In this document: positions 1-9,167 of the stretch, in pieces
Layout: every line of letters starts with the position of its first letter
Numbering within the stretch: position 1 is the first letter of the stretch
NCBI GenBank assembly: GCA_964390595.1
Contig: CAYMIA010000005.1
Coordinates: forward strand, 3,586 to 67,585
DNA from: an uncultured Gammaproteobacteria bacterium
GTDB lineage: Bacteria > Patescibacteriota > Microgenomatia > Daviesbacterales > UBA10151
Length of the DNA: 64,000 bases
Direction: 5' to 3'
The notes under the pieces: generated by a model
What the model saw: the letters and a program-made list of their open reading frames with translations, nothing else
Databases searched by the model: none
Told to the model about the DNA's origin: nothing
Translations under genes and position numbers: made by a program

Positions 1-15
1 ACTGCCAAGATTTGG

Positions 16-1542
16 GTGGGAGAGTTTTTTAGGTGGTTACTTTATGCGCCACTCTTTGCAATCTTTTTGGCAGGGCTAGTGGCTTTTTGGGGAAATTTCC
101 AAAAGGTTAACCCAGCTGGTCCTGGTTCTAATCCAATTCCTCTCTCGGGTATTAATTATCCATGTGAGCCCAATTCTAAAACTAATGTGAATGGTTCGAG
201 TAGTTATTATCCGACTTCGATCAATATTTTAGTTGGTGGGCCTTGTCAGACTTTGGCTTTTGACAATGATCCACTGAAAAATAACAGTGTTAATATCCCT
301 GAATCATTTTTGCAATATGTGGTGGCTTTAGTGATGCTTTGGGGGGTGATTTTAGTGCCATGGATACTACTTAAAATCTTTTTGGATTATTTATATAGCT
401 TTTCTTGGGGTGATAATAGTATAGCAAAGTATCTTGTTAATTCAGCATCCCCACTTAGAAACCGCTATTTTGGGGGAAGAGAGCCAGTTCCAGGGCCGCC
501 CGTCCGCCCGGGATCTCCGGGAGTTCCACCGAGTGGGACAACTGGGCGGGCGATGGAGTTGCCTTACTTTAAAGAGAGTCCAATGCAGGTTGCAGAGAAA
601 AACGAACAGTCGGCTAATGTCTTTAATTCAGCTAATGTGGCGACCAGTGAAAGTGTCCGGGAGATGAACCGGGCCACTAATTTGGCGAATCAAACCAGTC
701 AGATCCAAAATCAAACTCAATCATCAATTTCTTCAATTGCTAATATGCCTACATTTAACAGCGCGGCAACTGATTCCCAGTCAACTAGTGAAATACTGAA
801 CTTAACTAATTTAAGTATCCCAACGATTCAAGATATTGCTAAATATGAGGCAGCAATTATTTCAACAGAAACTAACAGTCAGGTGGAGATAAACAACCAA
901 GCTCAGGTAAGTAAGATCTCTGAATCGCTAAACCGGTTGGCTGGGACAAGTCCAATTACCACTCCTTCTGAACGGGAGATTTATACCAAGGTTAGGGAGC
1001 GGATTGAAAGAGAGTCAGTTAAAGGCAATAAGATTGCATCAACTATTTTGAATGCAGCAGTGCCGCAAGCGGTTAAAGCGGCGATTCCAGACAAGAACAC
1101 CGTTCAGCAAGTTAATTTGGATGATTATGAAGAGGTTAAGCGGACTTGGTTACAAAACTACCGCAAACTAGATGCTCCGGCGGCCCCAGATGGTTCGCCA
1201 CGCAATAGAAAAGAGTGGTTGAAGCAAGAGGTGGCTCAAATTAGTCAAGTGACAAGTTTGATGGCATCAAATGAACCGGCAAAACAGGAGCAAGCTAAGG
1301 CAATGGTTTCCAAGATTTTACCATTTTTGCTTTTGGGAGGATTCTCTCAAAGCGAGATTATTGCTTACTTGAAAGCCAAGCAAGAAGCTGCTAAGACTGT
1401 TCTGGCAGATATGCCAGCAGACGGTGAGTCAGAAGAAGATTTGGTTTCGATCGAAAAGAAAAAACAAGAGGCTCCTAAAACTATGACCACAGAAGCAGAA
1501 ATACCTGAGGATAAAAAACCAGAACCTTTGAAAAACAGTTAA
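16..1542 (+). CDS. hypothetical membrane protein with N-terminal TM helices, a Pro-rich patch, a Q/N/S/T-rich low-complexity middle and a Lys/Glu-rich C-terminus; 5' end may extend beyond the window (GTG start, frame open to nt 1)
   Basis: long ORF; hydrophobic segments WLLYAPLFAIFLAGLVAFWG and VVALVMLWGVILVPWILLKIFL; no catalytic motif recognised. Confidence 0.45.
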   Translation: MGEFFRWLLYAPLFAIFLAGLVAFWGNFQKVNPAGPGSNPIPLSGINYPCEPNSKTNVNGSSSYYPTSINILVGGPCQTLAFDNDPLKNNSVNIPESFLQYVVALVMLWGVILVPWILLKIFLDYLYSFSWGDNSIAKYLVNSASPLRNRYFGGREPVPGPPVRPGSPGVPPSGTTGRAMELPYFKESPMQVAEKNEQSANVFNSANVATSESVREMNRATNLANQTSQIQNQTQSSISSIANMPTFNSAATDSQSTSEILNLTNLSIPTIQDIAKYEAAIISTETNSQVEINNQAQVSKISESLNRLAGTSPITTPSEREIYTKVRERIERESVKGNKIASTILNAAVPQAVKAAIPDKNTVQQVNLDDYEEVKRTWLQNYRKLDAPAAPDGSPRNRKEWLKQEVAQISQVTSLMASNEPAKQEQAKAMVSKILPFLLLGGFSQSEIIAYLKAKQEAAKTVLADMPADGESEEDLVSIEKKKQEAPKTMTTEAEIPEDKKPEPLKNS

Positions 1543-2360
1543 TGCGCAAAGCCATTTTTTTAATTCTAATTTTTTTGAGTTTAATTTTACTTCTGGTGAG
1601 ACTGAGCAATAAACCACTGGCTTCTTTTTTAGGATTGTCTGCTCATACTGGGATTAAAGTGGATGCTAATGTGGGTTCAAAAGTGGTAATTGATGGCAGC
1701 GAAGTTGGGAAAACTCCCTATCAAGATGAAAGCTACTCAGTAGGGGATCATTTAATTGAAGTGGCGCCGTTACCTGAAGGGACTGGTTCTGGAAAAATTA
1801 CCTGGCGGGCTTATGTCAGGTTAAATCAGGGGACTTTAACTGTAGTGAATAGAGATTTGGAGGCAACACAGGCTAACTCTTCTGGAGAGGTAATTACATT
1901 AGAGCCTGGTTCAGGAATAGCGGTGGTATCTGCACCAGCAGGGGCAGATGTGGAGGTAGATGGAACTGCTTATGGGAAGACTCCTTTGTATATACCAAGT
2001 ATTACCCCGGGAGACCATCTGTTTATTGTAGGCAAACCAGATTTTTTGAAGCGAAGCATCAGGGCAAATTTGGTGGCTGGATTTAAATTAAACTTGAGTG
2101 TGGATCTGGCAATTTCTGAGGCTGATTTAACTCAAGTGACTACTGTGCCAATTCAATCTTCTAAACAAGTAGTGGTTAAACAAACTCCAATTGGATTTTT
2201 GCGGGTTAGAAAAGATGCCACAATAAATAGCGCAGAGGTGGAAAGGGTGGCACCAGGAGATGTGTTGATACTCTTAGAAGAGATTCCAGGTTGGGATAGA
2301 GTTAAGCTATCTGATGGTAAAGAAGGTTATGTTTCAAGTGCATTTGTAGAGAAAAAATGA
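1542..2360 (+). CDS. PEGA-domain protein with C-terminal SH3b-like domain, signal-anchored
   Basis: two PEGA-like repeats (GSEVGKTPYQDESYSVGDHLIEVAP; DVEVDGTAYGKTPLYIPSITPGDHLFIV); C-terminal GFLRVRKDATINSAEVERVAPGDVLILLEE...GYVSSAFV resembles bacterial SH3; N-terminal hydrophobic helix. Confidence 0.55.
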   Translation: MRKAIFLILIFLSLILLLVRLSNKPLASFLGLSAHTGIKVDANVGSKVVIDGSEVGKTPYQDESYSVGDHLIEVAPLPEGTGSGKITWRAYVRLNQGTLTVVNRDLEATQANSSGEVITLEPGSGIAVVSAPAGADVEVDGTAYGKTPLYIPSITPGDHLFIVGKPDFLKRSIRANLVAGFKLNLSVDLAISEADLTQVTTVPIQSSKQVVVKQTPIGFLRVRKDATINSAEVERVAPGDVLILLEEIPGWDRVKLSDGKEGYVSSAFVEKK

Positions 2361-2362
2361 TT

Positions 2363-2719
2363 TTAAAATTCTTGGGAGACTAGTTTGGTGGTTTTAAAAT
2401 ATTTTTTGGTAAAATCGAGAGCTTTTTGATTGGAGAATTTTTTACAGGTATAAAGAACGCAGGAGAGAAATTTTTCATTAGTCCAAACATAAAGGGCAAT
2501 TCCTGAATCAATTAAGGGGACAAAGGCATCAAATCCTTGGTTTTCCTCTTTTCCCTCTCCAGATGGTGAATGAATAATTGGTTCTCCATAAGTTTTCAGA
2601 TCTAAATTGATCGCTAATTCTAGAAGGTATTTTTTAACGGTTTCCGCAGTTACCTCTATAGAAAAATTGGCTTCTATTAAAAGTCTTTGTCTAATAATTT
2701 GCGGGGCTATGTCTTCCAT
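2363..2719 (-). CDS. S-adenosylmethionine decarboxylase (SpeH/class 1b AdoMetDC)-like small protein
   Basis: 118 aa; segment DSGIALYVWTNEKF...VLYTCKKF aligns by eye with AdoMetDC proenzyme core ES|HISIHTWPE...VDVFTCG; the Ser of the cleavage site is conserved but the processing His appears replaced by Tyr. Confidence 0.4.
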   Translation of the reverse strand: MEDIAPQIIRQRLLIEANFSIEVTAETVKKYLLELAINLDLKTYGEPIIHSPSGEGKEENQGFDAFVPLIDSGIALYVWTNEKFLSCVLYTCKKFSNQKALDFTKKYFKTTKLVSQEF

Positions 2720-2744
2720 AAGAATATTTTAACATAAGAGTGTG

Positions 2745-2838
2745 TATTGCTCGAGCATAAGAGTGCAGGGGTGAGATAAAAATCCTACGCCGGGTGTGGG
2801 ATTTTTTGTAGGCGTACAAACTATTGCTCGAGCATAAA
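2745..2838 (-). promoter_or_regulatory. pair of 16-nt near-palindromic sites TATTGCTCGAGCATAA (2745-2760 and 2823-2838), candidate operator pair in the promoter region of the AdoMetDC-like gene
   Basis: exact 16-nt direct repeat containing the perfect 10-bp palindrome TGCTCGAGCA, 78 bp apart, 26 nt upstream of the start codon at 2719. Confidence 0.3.
2783..2817 (-). terminator. possible intrinsic terminator for the UbiA-family gene (stem CCTAC/GTAGG or TACGCC/GGCGTA, followed on the minus strand by ATTTTTAT)
   Basis: hairpin plus T-run read on the minus strand; the loop is large (19 nt), so the call is weak. Confidence 0.25.
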
Positions 2839-2920
2839 TGTGTACGGTTAAAGGATTAGAATTTAACACCAGGTGAGAGTCAGGTTAGAAGTTCAGTTTT
2901 TTAATGGATGATTTTGGTGG

Positions 2921-3862
2921 TTAGGCGCCTAAGTAATAAATGATTCCAATGACTACAACCAACCAGAGCATGACGGTGATGAGGAGGGGTTGGTCGGTGA
3001 GTAGAACTCGCTCTGGAGATTCGCCTTCCTTTTTTTCATAGATAATGTAGAGGTAGCGCATGACTCCATATATGACAATGGGGATGGTGATCATTAGAAA
3101 TTTTGAATAGTTGGTGAAAGGTAAATTAAAGTTATCTAAGAAGCTGACTAGCCGGTGTCTGGCAACTATTGGAGGTTGCAAAAAAGTGAATAGGGCAAAA
3201 GCTAGCCAAGTTGAATTAGCGAACATAGCGGTTAAAATATCCAATAAATTTTCAGGGTAGTGAAGCAAAGTTTCCCGGTGTTTGCTGGCCGCAGTGGCAT
3301 TGTGGAGCAAGGTTAGTTCGGAGCGGCGCTTACCTATTGCTAAGAAAAGAGCAAAAGAGATAACTGTCAGTAGAAACCAAATATTTAAATGGGCATCAAT
3401 TGCCCAAACTCCAGCATAAACCCGTAGCACAAACCCAGCAGCAATCGCCATCACATCAAGTAAAATGACTGATTTAAGATAGGAAGAATAAAGTAGTTGG
3501 AGAGCCAGGTAACCAAAAACAGCTAGGAAAAATGAGGGCGAAATTTTAAAAGCAAAAAAGAGTGAACCAAAGATTAAAACAACTACTAAAACTAAGGCAA
3601 AAGGAATTGAGATAAGCCCAGCAGCGATAGGGCGCTTGCTTTTGAAGGGATGAAGGCGGTCTCTTTTAATATCAAAGATATCATTTAAGACATAGGTGGC
3701 AGATGAAGCAGCGCAAAAAATTAGAAAGGCAAATAGAATAGTGATTAAACTTTCGGAATTATTTAGTTTGCCAGAAAAAAGCAGCCCAGCAAAGAGGGCA
3801 AAGTTTTTTATCCATTGTCTTGGTCTGACCTCCCGAAGAAGGGCCCAAAGGAATTTAACCAT
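2921..3862 (-). CDS. UbiA-family prenyltransferase, decaprenyl-phosphate phosphoribosyltransferase-like
   Basis: RPRQWIKNFALFAGLLF N-terminal motif, YVLNDIFDIKRDRLHP (NDxxDxxxD) and KSKRPIAAG motifs, 8-9 TM helices. Confidence 0.7.
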   Translation of the reverse strand: MVKFLWALLREVRPRQWIKNFALFAGLLFSGKLNNSESLITILFAFLIFCAASSATYVLNDIFDIKRDRLHPFKSKRPIAAGLISIPFALVLVVVLIFGSLFFAFKISPSFFLAVFGYLALQLLYSSYLKSVILLDVMAIAAGFVLRVYAGVWAIDAHLNIWFLLTVISFALFLAIGKRRSELTLLHNATAASKHRETLLHYPENLLDILTAMFANSTWLAFALFTFLQPPIVARHRLVSFLDNFNLPFTNYSKFLMITIPIVIYGVMRYLYIIYEKKEGESPERVLLTDQPLLITVMLWLVVVIGIIYYLGA

Positions 3863-4920
3863 AAGATAAATCCGATAAATAATATTGAAACTCCCAAAAT
3901 TGCAAAGAACTTTGAGGTAGTATCAATAAATAACGAGACTAAGCCTAAGATAGCAGAGATAGCAATATAAAACAAGGCGATCCGCTCTTGAGACCAACCT
4001 TTACGGTCAAGTAGAAGATGATGGAGATGGCCCCGGTCGCCCCAAACTGGAGATTTGCCATGAGCGATTCTTCTCACAATAGTATAGATAAAATCGAGCG
4101 CAGGTATGGCGAGTACCAGCAACATAGTGGCAACTTTAGCACCAGATAGAATTGACAGAATTGCTAACATAAAAGCCGAGATTGTAGATCCGGAAAAACC
4201 GGGCAGAATTTTACTAGGATGCCAATTAAAAAGTAAAAAAGCCAGAGAGGTACCGGCGGTAATAAATCCTAATTTAGCAACAGTTAGTTGGTGAATGTCT
4301 CCCTGGAAAAAAAGTTTGGTAGAAAGGATGGCCATAGTTAGAGAGGCGATGAAGGTAATTCCTGGCATTTGCCCGTCAACTCCCTTGCTCCAATTGATGA
4401 CTTGGGTGAGAGCAATGATTAAAAAGAAAGCAAAAATATCAGCGATGGGAATTATTTGATGCGGGCCAAAAAATTGAAAAGGGATGGTGATTTGATCCAG
4501 TCTAATATATGAGCCAACCTGCAATGGATTAGCGATAAACGAAACGCCGATGCCTGATGCAACTGCACAACCAGCTGCTAAAAATAACAGAGAGAGTCTA
4601 ATATAAGGGTTAAAATTTCTAAATTTATCATCGAGAAGTCCAATGATTAACAGAACGGTGATTCCAAGGAGAGTCCCAATTAAATATTTCTTGATTGGTA
4701 AAAGGAGTAAGGTAGTAATGACAATTCCTAGGTAAATAGCAAGTCCACCCGCGCGGGGGATAACTCTTTGTTGAATATGGGCGGGGTGGGGTCTCTTTTT
4801 TGGGTCATCAACAAGAGAATATTTTTTGGCAATTTTAATGGTAATGGGAATGGCAGCACAGGTAACTAAAAAAGCGATTAGAAATGGAAAGACGTCGATC
4901 ATTTTAAATGAATATTCCAA
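3808..4920 (-). CDS. glycosyltransferase family 4 polyprenyl-phosphate sugar-1-phosphate transferase (MraY/WecA family)
   Basis: IIGLLDDKF motif, polytopic membrane protein, HHLLL... C-terminal region typical of MraY/WecA; the 3' end overlaps the UbiA-family ORF by ~55 nt. Confidence 0.65.
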   Translation of the reverse strand: MEYSFKMIDVFPFLIAFLVTCAAIPITIKIAKKYSLVDDPKKRPHPAHIQQRVIPRAGGLAIYLGIVITTLLLLPIKKYLIGTLLGITVLLIIGLLDDKFRNFNPYIRLSLLFLAAGCAVASGIGVSFIANPLQVGSYIRLDQITIPFQFFGPHQIIPIADIFAFFLIIALTQVINWSKGVDGQMPGITFIASLTMAILSTKLFFQGDIHQLTVAKLGFITAGTSLAFLLFNWHPSKILPGFSGSTISAFMLAILSILSGAKVATMLLVLAIPALDFIYTIVRRIAHGKSPVWGDRGHLHHLLLDRKGWSQERIALFYIAISAILGLVSLFIDTTSKFFAILGVSILFIGFILWLNSFGPFFGRSDQDNG

Positions 4921-5260
4921 TTATTTTTAAGGCAGTAATCAGTATCAATAAAGCGATTGAGGTAGTGGCAATGCTGATGACCCGTTTGAGGATTAATTGA
5001 GAGGTATGAAGTTGCCAGGTGATGATCAAATTAATCAGGGCGATTAGTAAAATAAGTGAAGGTAAAATAATAAATTGGGGTTTGTTAACCAGCTGGCTAT
5101 CGCCCCAGTTGAGTGAGTAAAATAAGGGAAGTCTGGAAGGGAGTTGATTGTAGGCTAATGCAAACCGGATGACTATGGTAATGCTACAAAGGAGTGTTAA
5201 TAGATTGGCATAAAATTCAATTTTGTCTTGTTCGTGATAAAGGCTAATTAATTTGTCCAT
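4904..5260 (-). CDS. small integral membrane protein (3-4 TM)
   Basis: ORF with hydrophobic helices; start overlaps upstream gene; no motif. Confidence 0.35.
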   Translation of the reverse strand: MDKLISLYHEQDKIEFYANLLTLLCSITIVIRFALAYNQLPSRLPLFYSLNWGDSQLVNKPQFIILPSLILLIALINLIITWQLHTSQLILKRVISIATTSIALLILITALKIIGIFI

Positions 5261-7035
5261 TAGGTTGAGATGCGGGCTTTGTTGGTGGTCCGGTACTTGA
5301 TGTGTTTGCCAAACATGAGAGTAGTTTGAGCATCAATTGCTGGAATAGTTGAAATAGTTACAACTACAATTGGAACGAGTAAAAATTGAATATAGGACCA
5401 GAGTCTTTGGAGGAGTCCCCAGTTTTTTGGCCTGGGTGGAGAGGTTTTTTCATGAACATAGATGGTGACAAAAAGTCCAATGAAAGCGGCTGTCATAATA
5501 TAGGAGGAGATAATGGGTAGATTAACTGCTAGGACAGATTCTTTGTAGTGGGGGTTGATTAAGGGAATTAGCATACCGGCAAAAGTGACAAAAAGCGCTA
5601 GGGTGCCCCATTTTAAATTAGCCCAAAGAGTAAAAGCTAACCGGTCGGTTTTGGCCCAAAAATCGATATCAGTCCGCCTGAAATATTGTTTAAAAATATA
5701 AGGGAGGTGTTCAACCCCATAAGCCCAGCGTTTGAGTTGGAGATATTGATTTTGAAAAGTTTTAGCTAAGGTAACATCCAAAACCGTGTCAGCACTAATT
5801 GGCATAAAGTGTGGAATGACCTTGTAGTCACCTTTAAAATGAAAAAAGGCTTTCCAGTAAAACCCAGAATCATCGTTGACTTTATCTGGAATCCAAAGTC
5901 CGATGTCGAGTAGAGATTGCATATTGATTGAGAGAGAAGAGTAGTTCATATATTTATCTGAACCAACCATTTCAGCCAATTGCCAGAAGCTAGTACCAGT
6001 GGCAATGAGTCTCATGGGAGTTGGAGCTTGCCAATAGTTGTTGTGGTATAAGAAGACACCAGTATAACTTCTTTTGTCTCTTAAATTTTCTGGGGTAGAC
6101 AGATATTTGTGAAGCGCGCCGCTTAAAAACTCCGGGTGAATAACAAAATCAGCATCTAGAGTCGTGGCTAAAACTTGTTTGGGGTCTATTTTATTTTTCT
6201 TAAGATATTCCTGAGCTCTGTTAATCATCCAATTACGGTTTGTACCAGGGCCAGCGATTTCGCCATGAAGACCCTCTGGGTGATAAGTAATGATTACCCC
6301 GCCGATCTTGTCATTCAAAGAATTTAGATACTTAATAGTTTCACTGTGAAGTTCTTTGGGGTTGACCCGTTCTTCAAATCCTACTACTAAAAATATTTTG
6401 TTTTTAGGAAAGTTAGAGTTAACAACTGCATCGAAAGCCGGGCCGAGTACCTCTAAACTTTCCTTGTAGACTGGCAGGGCCAAAAGCTGATAATAATCTT
6501 GCCATTCTAGAGGAAAGTCTTTTTTTAGATTAATGAGCCAGGGTTGTTTTTTAGCCCACTCCATTTTTTTGTAACCGACAATAATCAAGACAGAAATCCG
6601 GATGGCGCTAATTAACCAATAGACATCAGCGATGATAATTAAATAGGCGACTGTTAGAGGTAGGGTAAAGGAGAGCCAGAAGGGGGAGGTGAGAGCGAGC
6701 CAGGTCATGGCACCAGGTAAAATTTCAATAATCCGTGTTATCAGATTTTCATGTTTTTTTAGAAATTGTTTCTCCGCCCGTTCATGGATGATATATTGTT
6801 GGGAGAGAAGGTGGTGACCGACTAATCCGCAGCCAGCTCCAAGTAAAAAAGTCGCTATAAAAACATCTAGAGGTGTGCTCACGATAAGGTGGCCAAAAAA
6901 ACCCATTAAAAAGCCAATCAATATTAGGCTTAGCCCAAAAATACTATGAAGAGGTCTTTTAAAAATCCGGTTGATCAGCTCTCCAAGGTAAAAAAAGGAT
7001 AGTAAACCAATCAAAAAGCTGGCAATTAAACGCAT
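5260..7035 (-). CDS. large polytopic membrane protein with central soluble domain; possible membrane glycosyltransferase of a cell-envelope glycan cluster
   Basis: TM helices at both ends, ~350-aa globular middle; adjacent and translationally coupled to the GT4 and UbiA genes. Confidence 0.35.
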   Translation of the reverse strand: MRLIASFLIGLLSFFYLGELINRIFKRPLHSIFGLSLILIGFLMGFFGHLIVSTPLDVFIATFLLGAGCGLVGHHLLSQQYIIHERAEKQFLKKHENLITRIIEILPGAMTWLALTSPFWLSFTLPLTVAYLIIIADVYWLISAIRISVLIIVGYKKMEWAKKQPWLINLKKDFPLEWQDYYQLLALPVYKESLEVLGPAFDAVVNSNFPKNKIFLVVGFEERVNPKELHSETIKYLNSLNDKIGGVIITYHPEGLHGEIAGPGTNRNWMINRAQEYLKKNKIDPKQVLATTLDADFVIHPEFLSGALHKYLSTPENLRDKRSYTGVFLYHNNYWQAPTPMRLIATGTSFWQLAEMVGSDKYMNYSSLSINMQSLLDIGLWIPDKVNDDSGFYWKAFFHFKGDYKVIPHFMPISADTVLDVTLAKTFQNQYLQLKRWAYGVEHLPYIFKQYFRRTDIDFWAKTDRLAFTLWANLKWGTLALFVTFAGMLIPLINPHYKESVLAVNLPIISSYIMTAAFIGLFVTIYVHEKTSPPRPKNWGLLQRLWSYIQFLLVPIVVVTISTIPAIDAQTTLMFGKHIKYRTTNKARIST

Positions 7036-7095
7036 GGTTACTGTTAAGTTTACGGTCTTTACCTACAGAAATCAAATGAATTATAGTACAGGATA

Positions 7096-7596
7096 ATGGA
7101 CAGTCAATTTCTACATGAAGTGGTCATTACAGCAATTATTCGAAAGGATGGTAAATACCTAGTTATTAGAAGAGCTAAGACCAAAAAGAGATTTCCAGGG
7201 ATGTGGACAGTGCCTGGGGGGAGGTTGGAGACCAAGGATTATACAACCTTGCCTAAAGATACCAAAGACTATTGGTACAACGTTTTGGAGCAGACTCTAA
7301 AGAGGGAAGTGGGGGAGGAGGTAGGGCTCTCAGTTAAAAATATTGAATATGTGACCAGTTTGGCTACAATCCATCCAGATGGTGCACCAAGTTTGGTGAT
7401 CTCTTGTTTGGCTGATTATGATAGGGGAGAGGTGAAATTACAAGAGGAGGAAGTTGATGATTTTGCTTGGGTTAATTTAAAAGAAGCTAAGAAGTATGAG
7501 TTAATAGGAGGAATTTATGAAGAGCTGGAAATGGCTGACATGAGAGCTAGGGGGCAGGGGCAAGAATGGAAGAAGAGTAGAGCAACTACTCCGTAG
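7096..7596 (+). CDS. NUDIX hydrolase
   Basis: Nudix box GMWTVPGGRLE...LKREVGEEVGL (Gx5Ex7REUxEExGU). Confidence 0.7.
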   Translation: MDSQFLHEVVITAIIRKDGKYLVIRRAKTKKRFPGMWTVPGGRLETKDYTTLPKDTKDYWYNVLEQTLKREVGEEVGLSVKNIEYVTSLATIHPDGAPSLVISCLADYDRGEVKLQEEEVDDFAWVNLKEAKKYELIGGIYEELEMADMRARGQGQEWKKSRATTP

Positions 7597-8011
7597 CCCA
7601 TTTGTTTTCTGGCCAGGCGTAAAGCATCATTTCCGAGATAGGGATTTGTTTAATTTGGTCGGTTTCTTTTAAGAGGATAATTATATCTATTCCTGAGTGG
7701 ATACTGCTTTCCCAGATAATTTGTTTGCAGGCATGACAGTTTGGTCCTGTAATAGCAGTAATCTCTTTTTCTCCATAAGTAGCAGCATTGCCCAATGCAA
7801 CAGCTTCAGCGTGCATAGTGAGTGACATAATTTGAGTATGATAGGAAACACCTGGATAAAATTTACCGGTAGCAGTTAAGACAACAGAGGCGACTTTATT
7901 ACCAACTGGGTAACTGTTTGGTAGGTATTCATTAACCATCTTAAACATTTTTTGGCAAATCTCGTTGGGGAGCTGATAAACTTTTAAGCCATTTTTTATT
8001 TTGTAATTCAT
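7586..8011 (-). CDS. cytidine/deoxycytidylate deaminase-like zinc-binding protein
   Basis: HAEAVAL (H[AC]E) and GPNCHACKQ (PCxxC-like) zinc ligand motifs, ~140 aa. Confidence 0.45.
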   Translation of the reverse strand: MNYKIKNGLKVYQLPNEICQKMFKMVNEYLPNSYPVGNKVASVVLTATGKFYPGVSYHTQIMSLTMHAEAVALGNAATYGEKEITAITGPNCHACKQIIWESSIHSGIDIIILLKETDQIKQIPISEMMLYAWPENKWATE

Positions 8012-8820
8012 ATATTGAAGAGAGTTTGGGCGTTTTGGAAGATTTGATTAGCGGTTTCTTCAAAAGAGAGGTTTTTGAGATCGGCGATAAGTTCTGTGAT
8101 TTCTTTGACAGAAGAGGGATCATTTCTTTGGCCGCGGATGGATTGGGGAGGGAGGAAAGGACAGTCAGTTTCGGTGAGGATTTTATCCAGGGGAGTCGAT
8201 TTAACAATTTCTCGAAGGGATTCATTCTTAGGATAGGTGATTGTGCCAGAAAAAGACAGGTAATAGCTAAGATCTAGAGCTTTTTTAGCTTCAGTTTCGG
8301 TTCCAGAAAAGGTGTGGAATAAACCTTTAGTACCTGCCAGATCGTCGAAGATGTCATTCCAGGCGTCTCGACAGTGTATCAGCAGAGGAAGATCCAATTT
8401 TTTGGCGAGTTCAATTTGAGCTTTGAAAAGAGTTTTTTGGAGAGATTTGAGCTGGTCAGCTGACAGGCCAATATCGGTAAAATCTGAGTTTCCATGAAAG
8501 AAGTAGTCTAGACCACATTCACCAACAGCAATAACTTTTTGAGGGTTTTGATGATAGATTTCTTCAAGCTTTTCAGTAGCAGATTGGATTGTTGTATCAG
8601 TATTTTCTGAAAAGTTGTGAGCTTCATGTGGATGAAGACCAATAGATGAGTAAAATTTTACTTGGGAGTTTTCCATTTGGCTGGCAGTTTGGCTTGAATG
8701 GAGATCAACGCCAACATTAATAATGGTTGTAACGTCAGCACTAAGGCAGCTTGTAAGTACTTGATCAAAGTCTGCTTTAAATGAATCCCAATAGAGGTGT
8801 GCATGGGTGTCGATGAGCAT
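8008..8820 (-). CDS. tatD: TatD-family metal-dependent DNase/hydrolase
   Basis: N-terminal MLIDTHAHL, internal GLHPHEA, VAVGECGLDY motifs. Confidence 0.8.
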   Translation of the reverse strand: MLIDTHAHLYWDSFKADFDQVLTSCLSADVTTIINVGVDLHSSQTASQMENSQVKFYSSIGLHPHEAHNFSENTDTTIQSATEKLEEIYHQNPQKVIAVGECGLDYFFHGNSDFTDIGLSADQLKSLQKTLFKAQIELAKKLDLPLLIHCRDAWNDIFDDLAGTKGLFHTFSGTETEAKKALDLSYYLSFSGTITYPKNESLREIVKSTPLDKILTETDCPFLPPQSIRGQRNDPSSVKEITELIADLKNLSFEETANQIFQNAQTLFNI

Positions 8821-9167
8821 GAGAGTAGTATATCGTATTTAGTATTTTGTATGTAGGGAGGGAAGAGGGGAGGTGAAAAATTCCCGAAGATGATCAAACT
8901 ATATCAATGTCCTATAATTTTTAGCAGAGGATGTATAAAATTGCTAATTCGTGAAAAGGTCGCGTGAAAAAAGGGAAGTGGTGGGGAAGATGCGAGGGTA
9001 ATGAACGCTCTCTCTTGGTATGTGGTATTTAGTATGTTGTATATAGGGAAAATACTGGTAATTTTTGCCAGGGAAGTGGTCGGAAAAATTTGAGGCTAAA
9101 AAGTTGGGGTTCTCTCCCCTTTTGGACTCCCCGGCTTTTTTTGAGAATTTTTGTTATAATTCCGGAC

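Noticed and set aside
481-578. GC-rich patch (PVPGPPVRPGSPGVPPSGTTGRAMEL) inside the first ORF, flanked by AAGAGAG direct repeats; considered as another member of the in-frame insertion element family
   Set aside because: The flanking repeat is a low-complexity purine 7-mer and the copies are 95 nt apart (not a multiple of 3). There is no sequence block in common with the pcrA/ruvX-mltG copies beyond CCGGGAG. The host protein has no ortholog to compare against, so membership is unsupported.
3808-3862. 55-nt overlap between the GT4 transferase and UbiA-family ORFs, considered as evidence of a frameshift or fusion
   Set aside because: Both proteins have complete conserved N- and C-terminal motifs in their own frames; such overlaps are common in this tightly packed genome.
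8026-8277. Plus-strand 83-aa ORF and minus-strand 94-aa ORF (7941-8225) overlapping tatD and the deaminase gene
   Set aside because: Both are fully contained in well-supported genes on the other strand or frame.
9090-9167. Upstream extension of the CYTH-domain ORF (MRLKSWGSLPFWTPRLFLRIFVIIPD...)
   Set aside because: The extension contains a hairpin+T-run and a TATAAT box, and the conserved CYTH N-terminal motif begins at the internal Met; it is likely non-coding.
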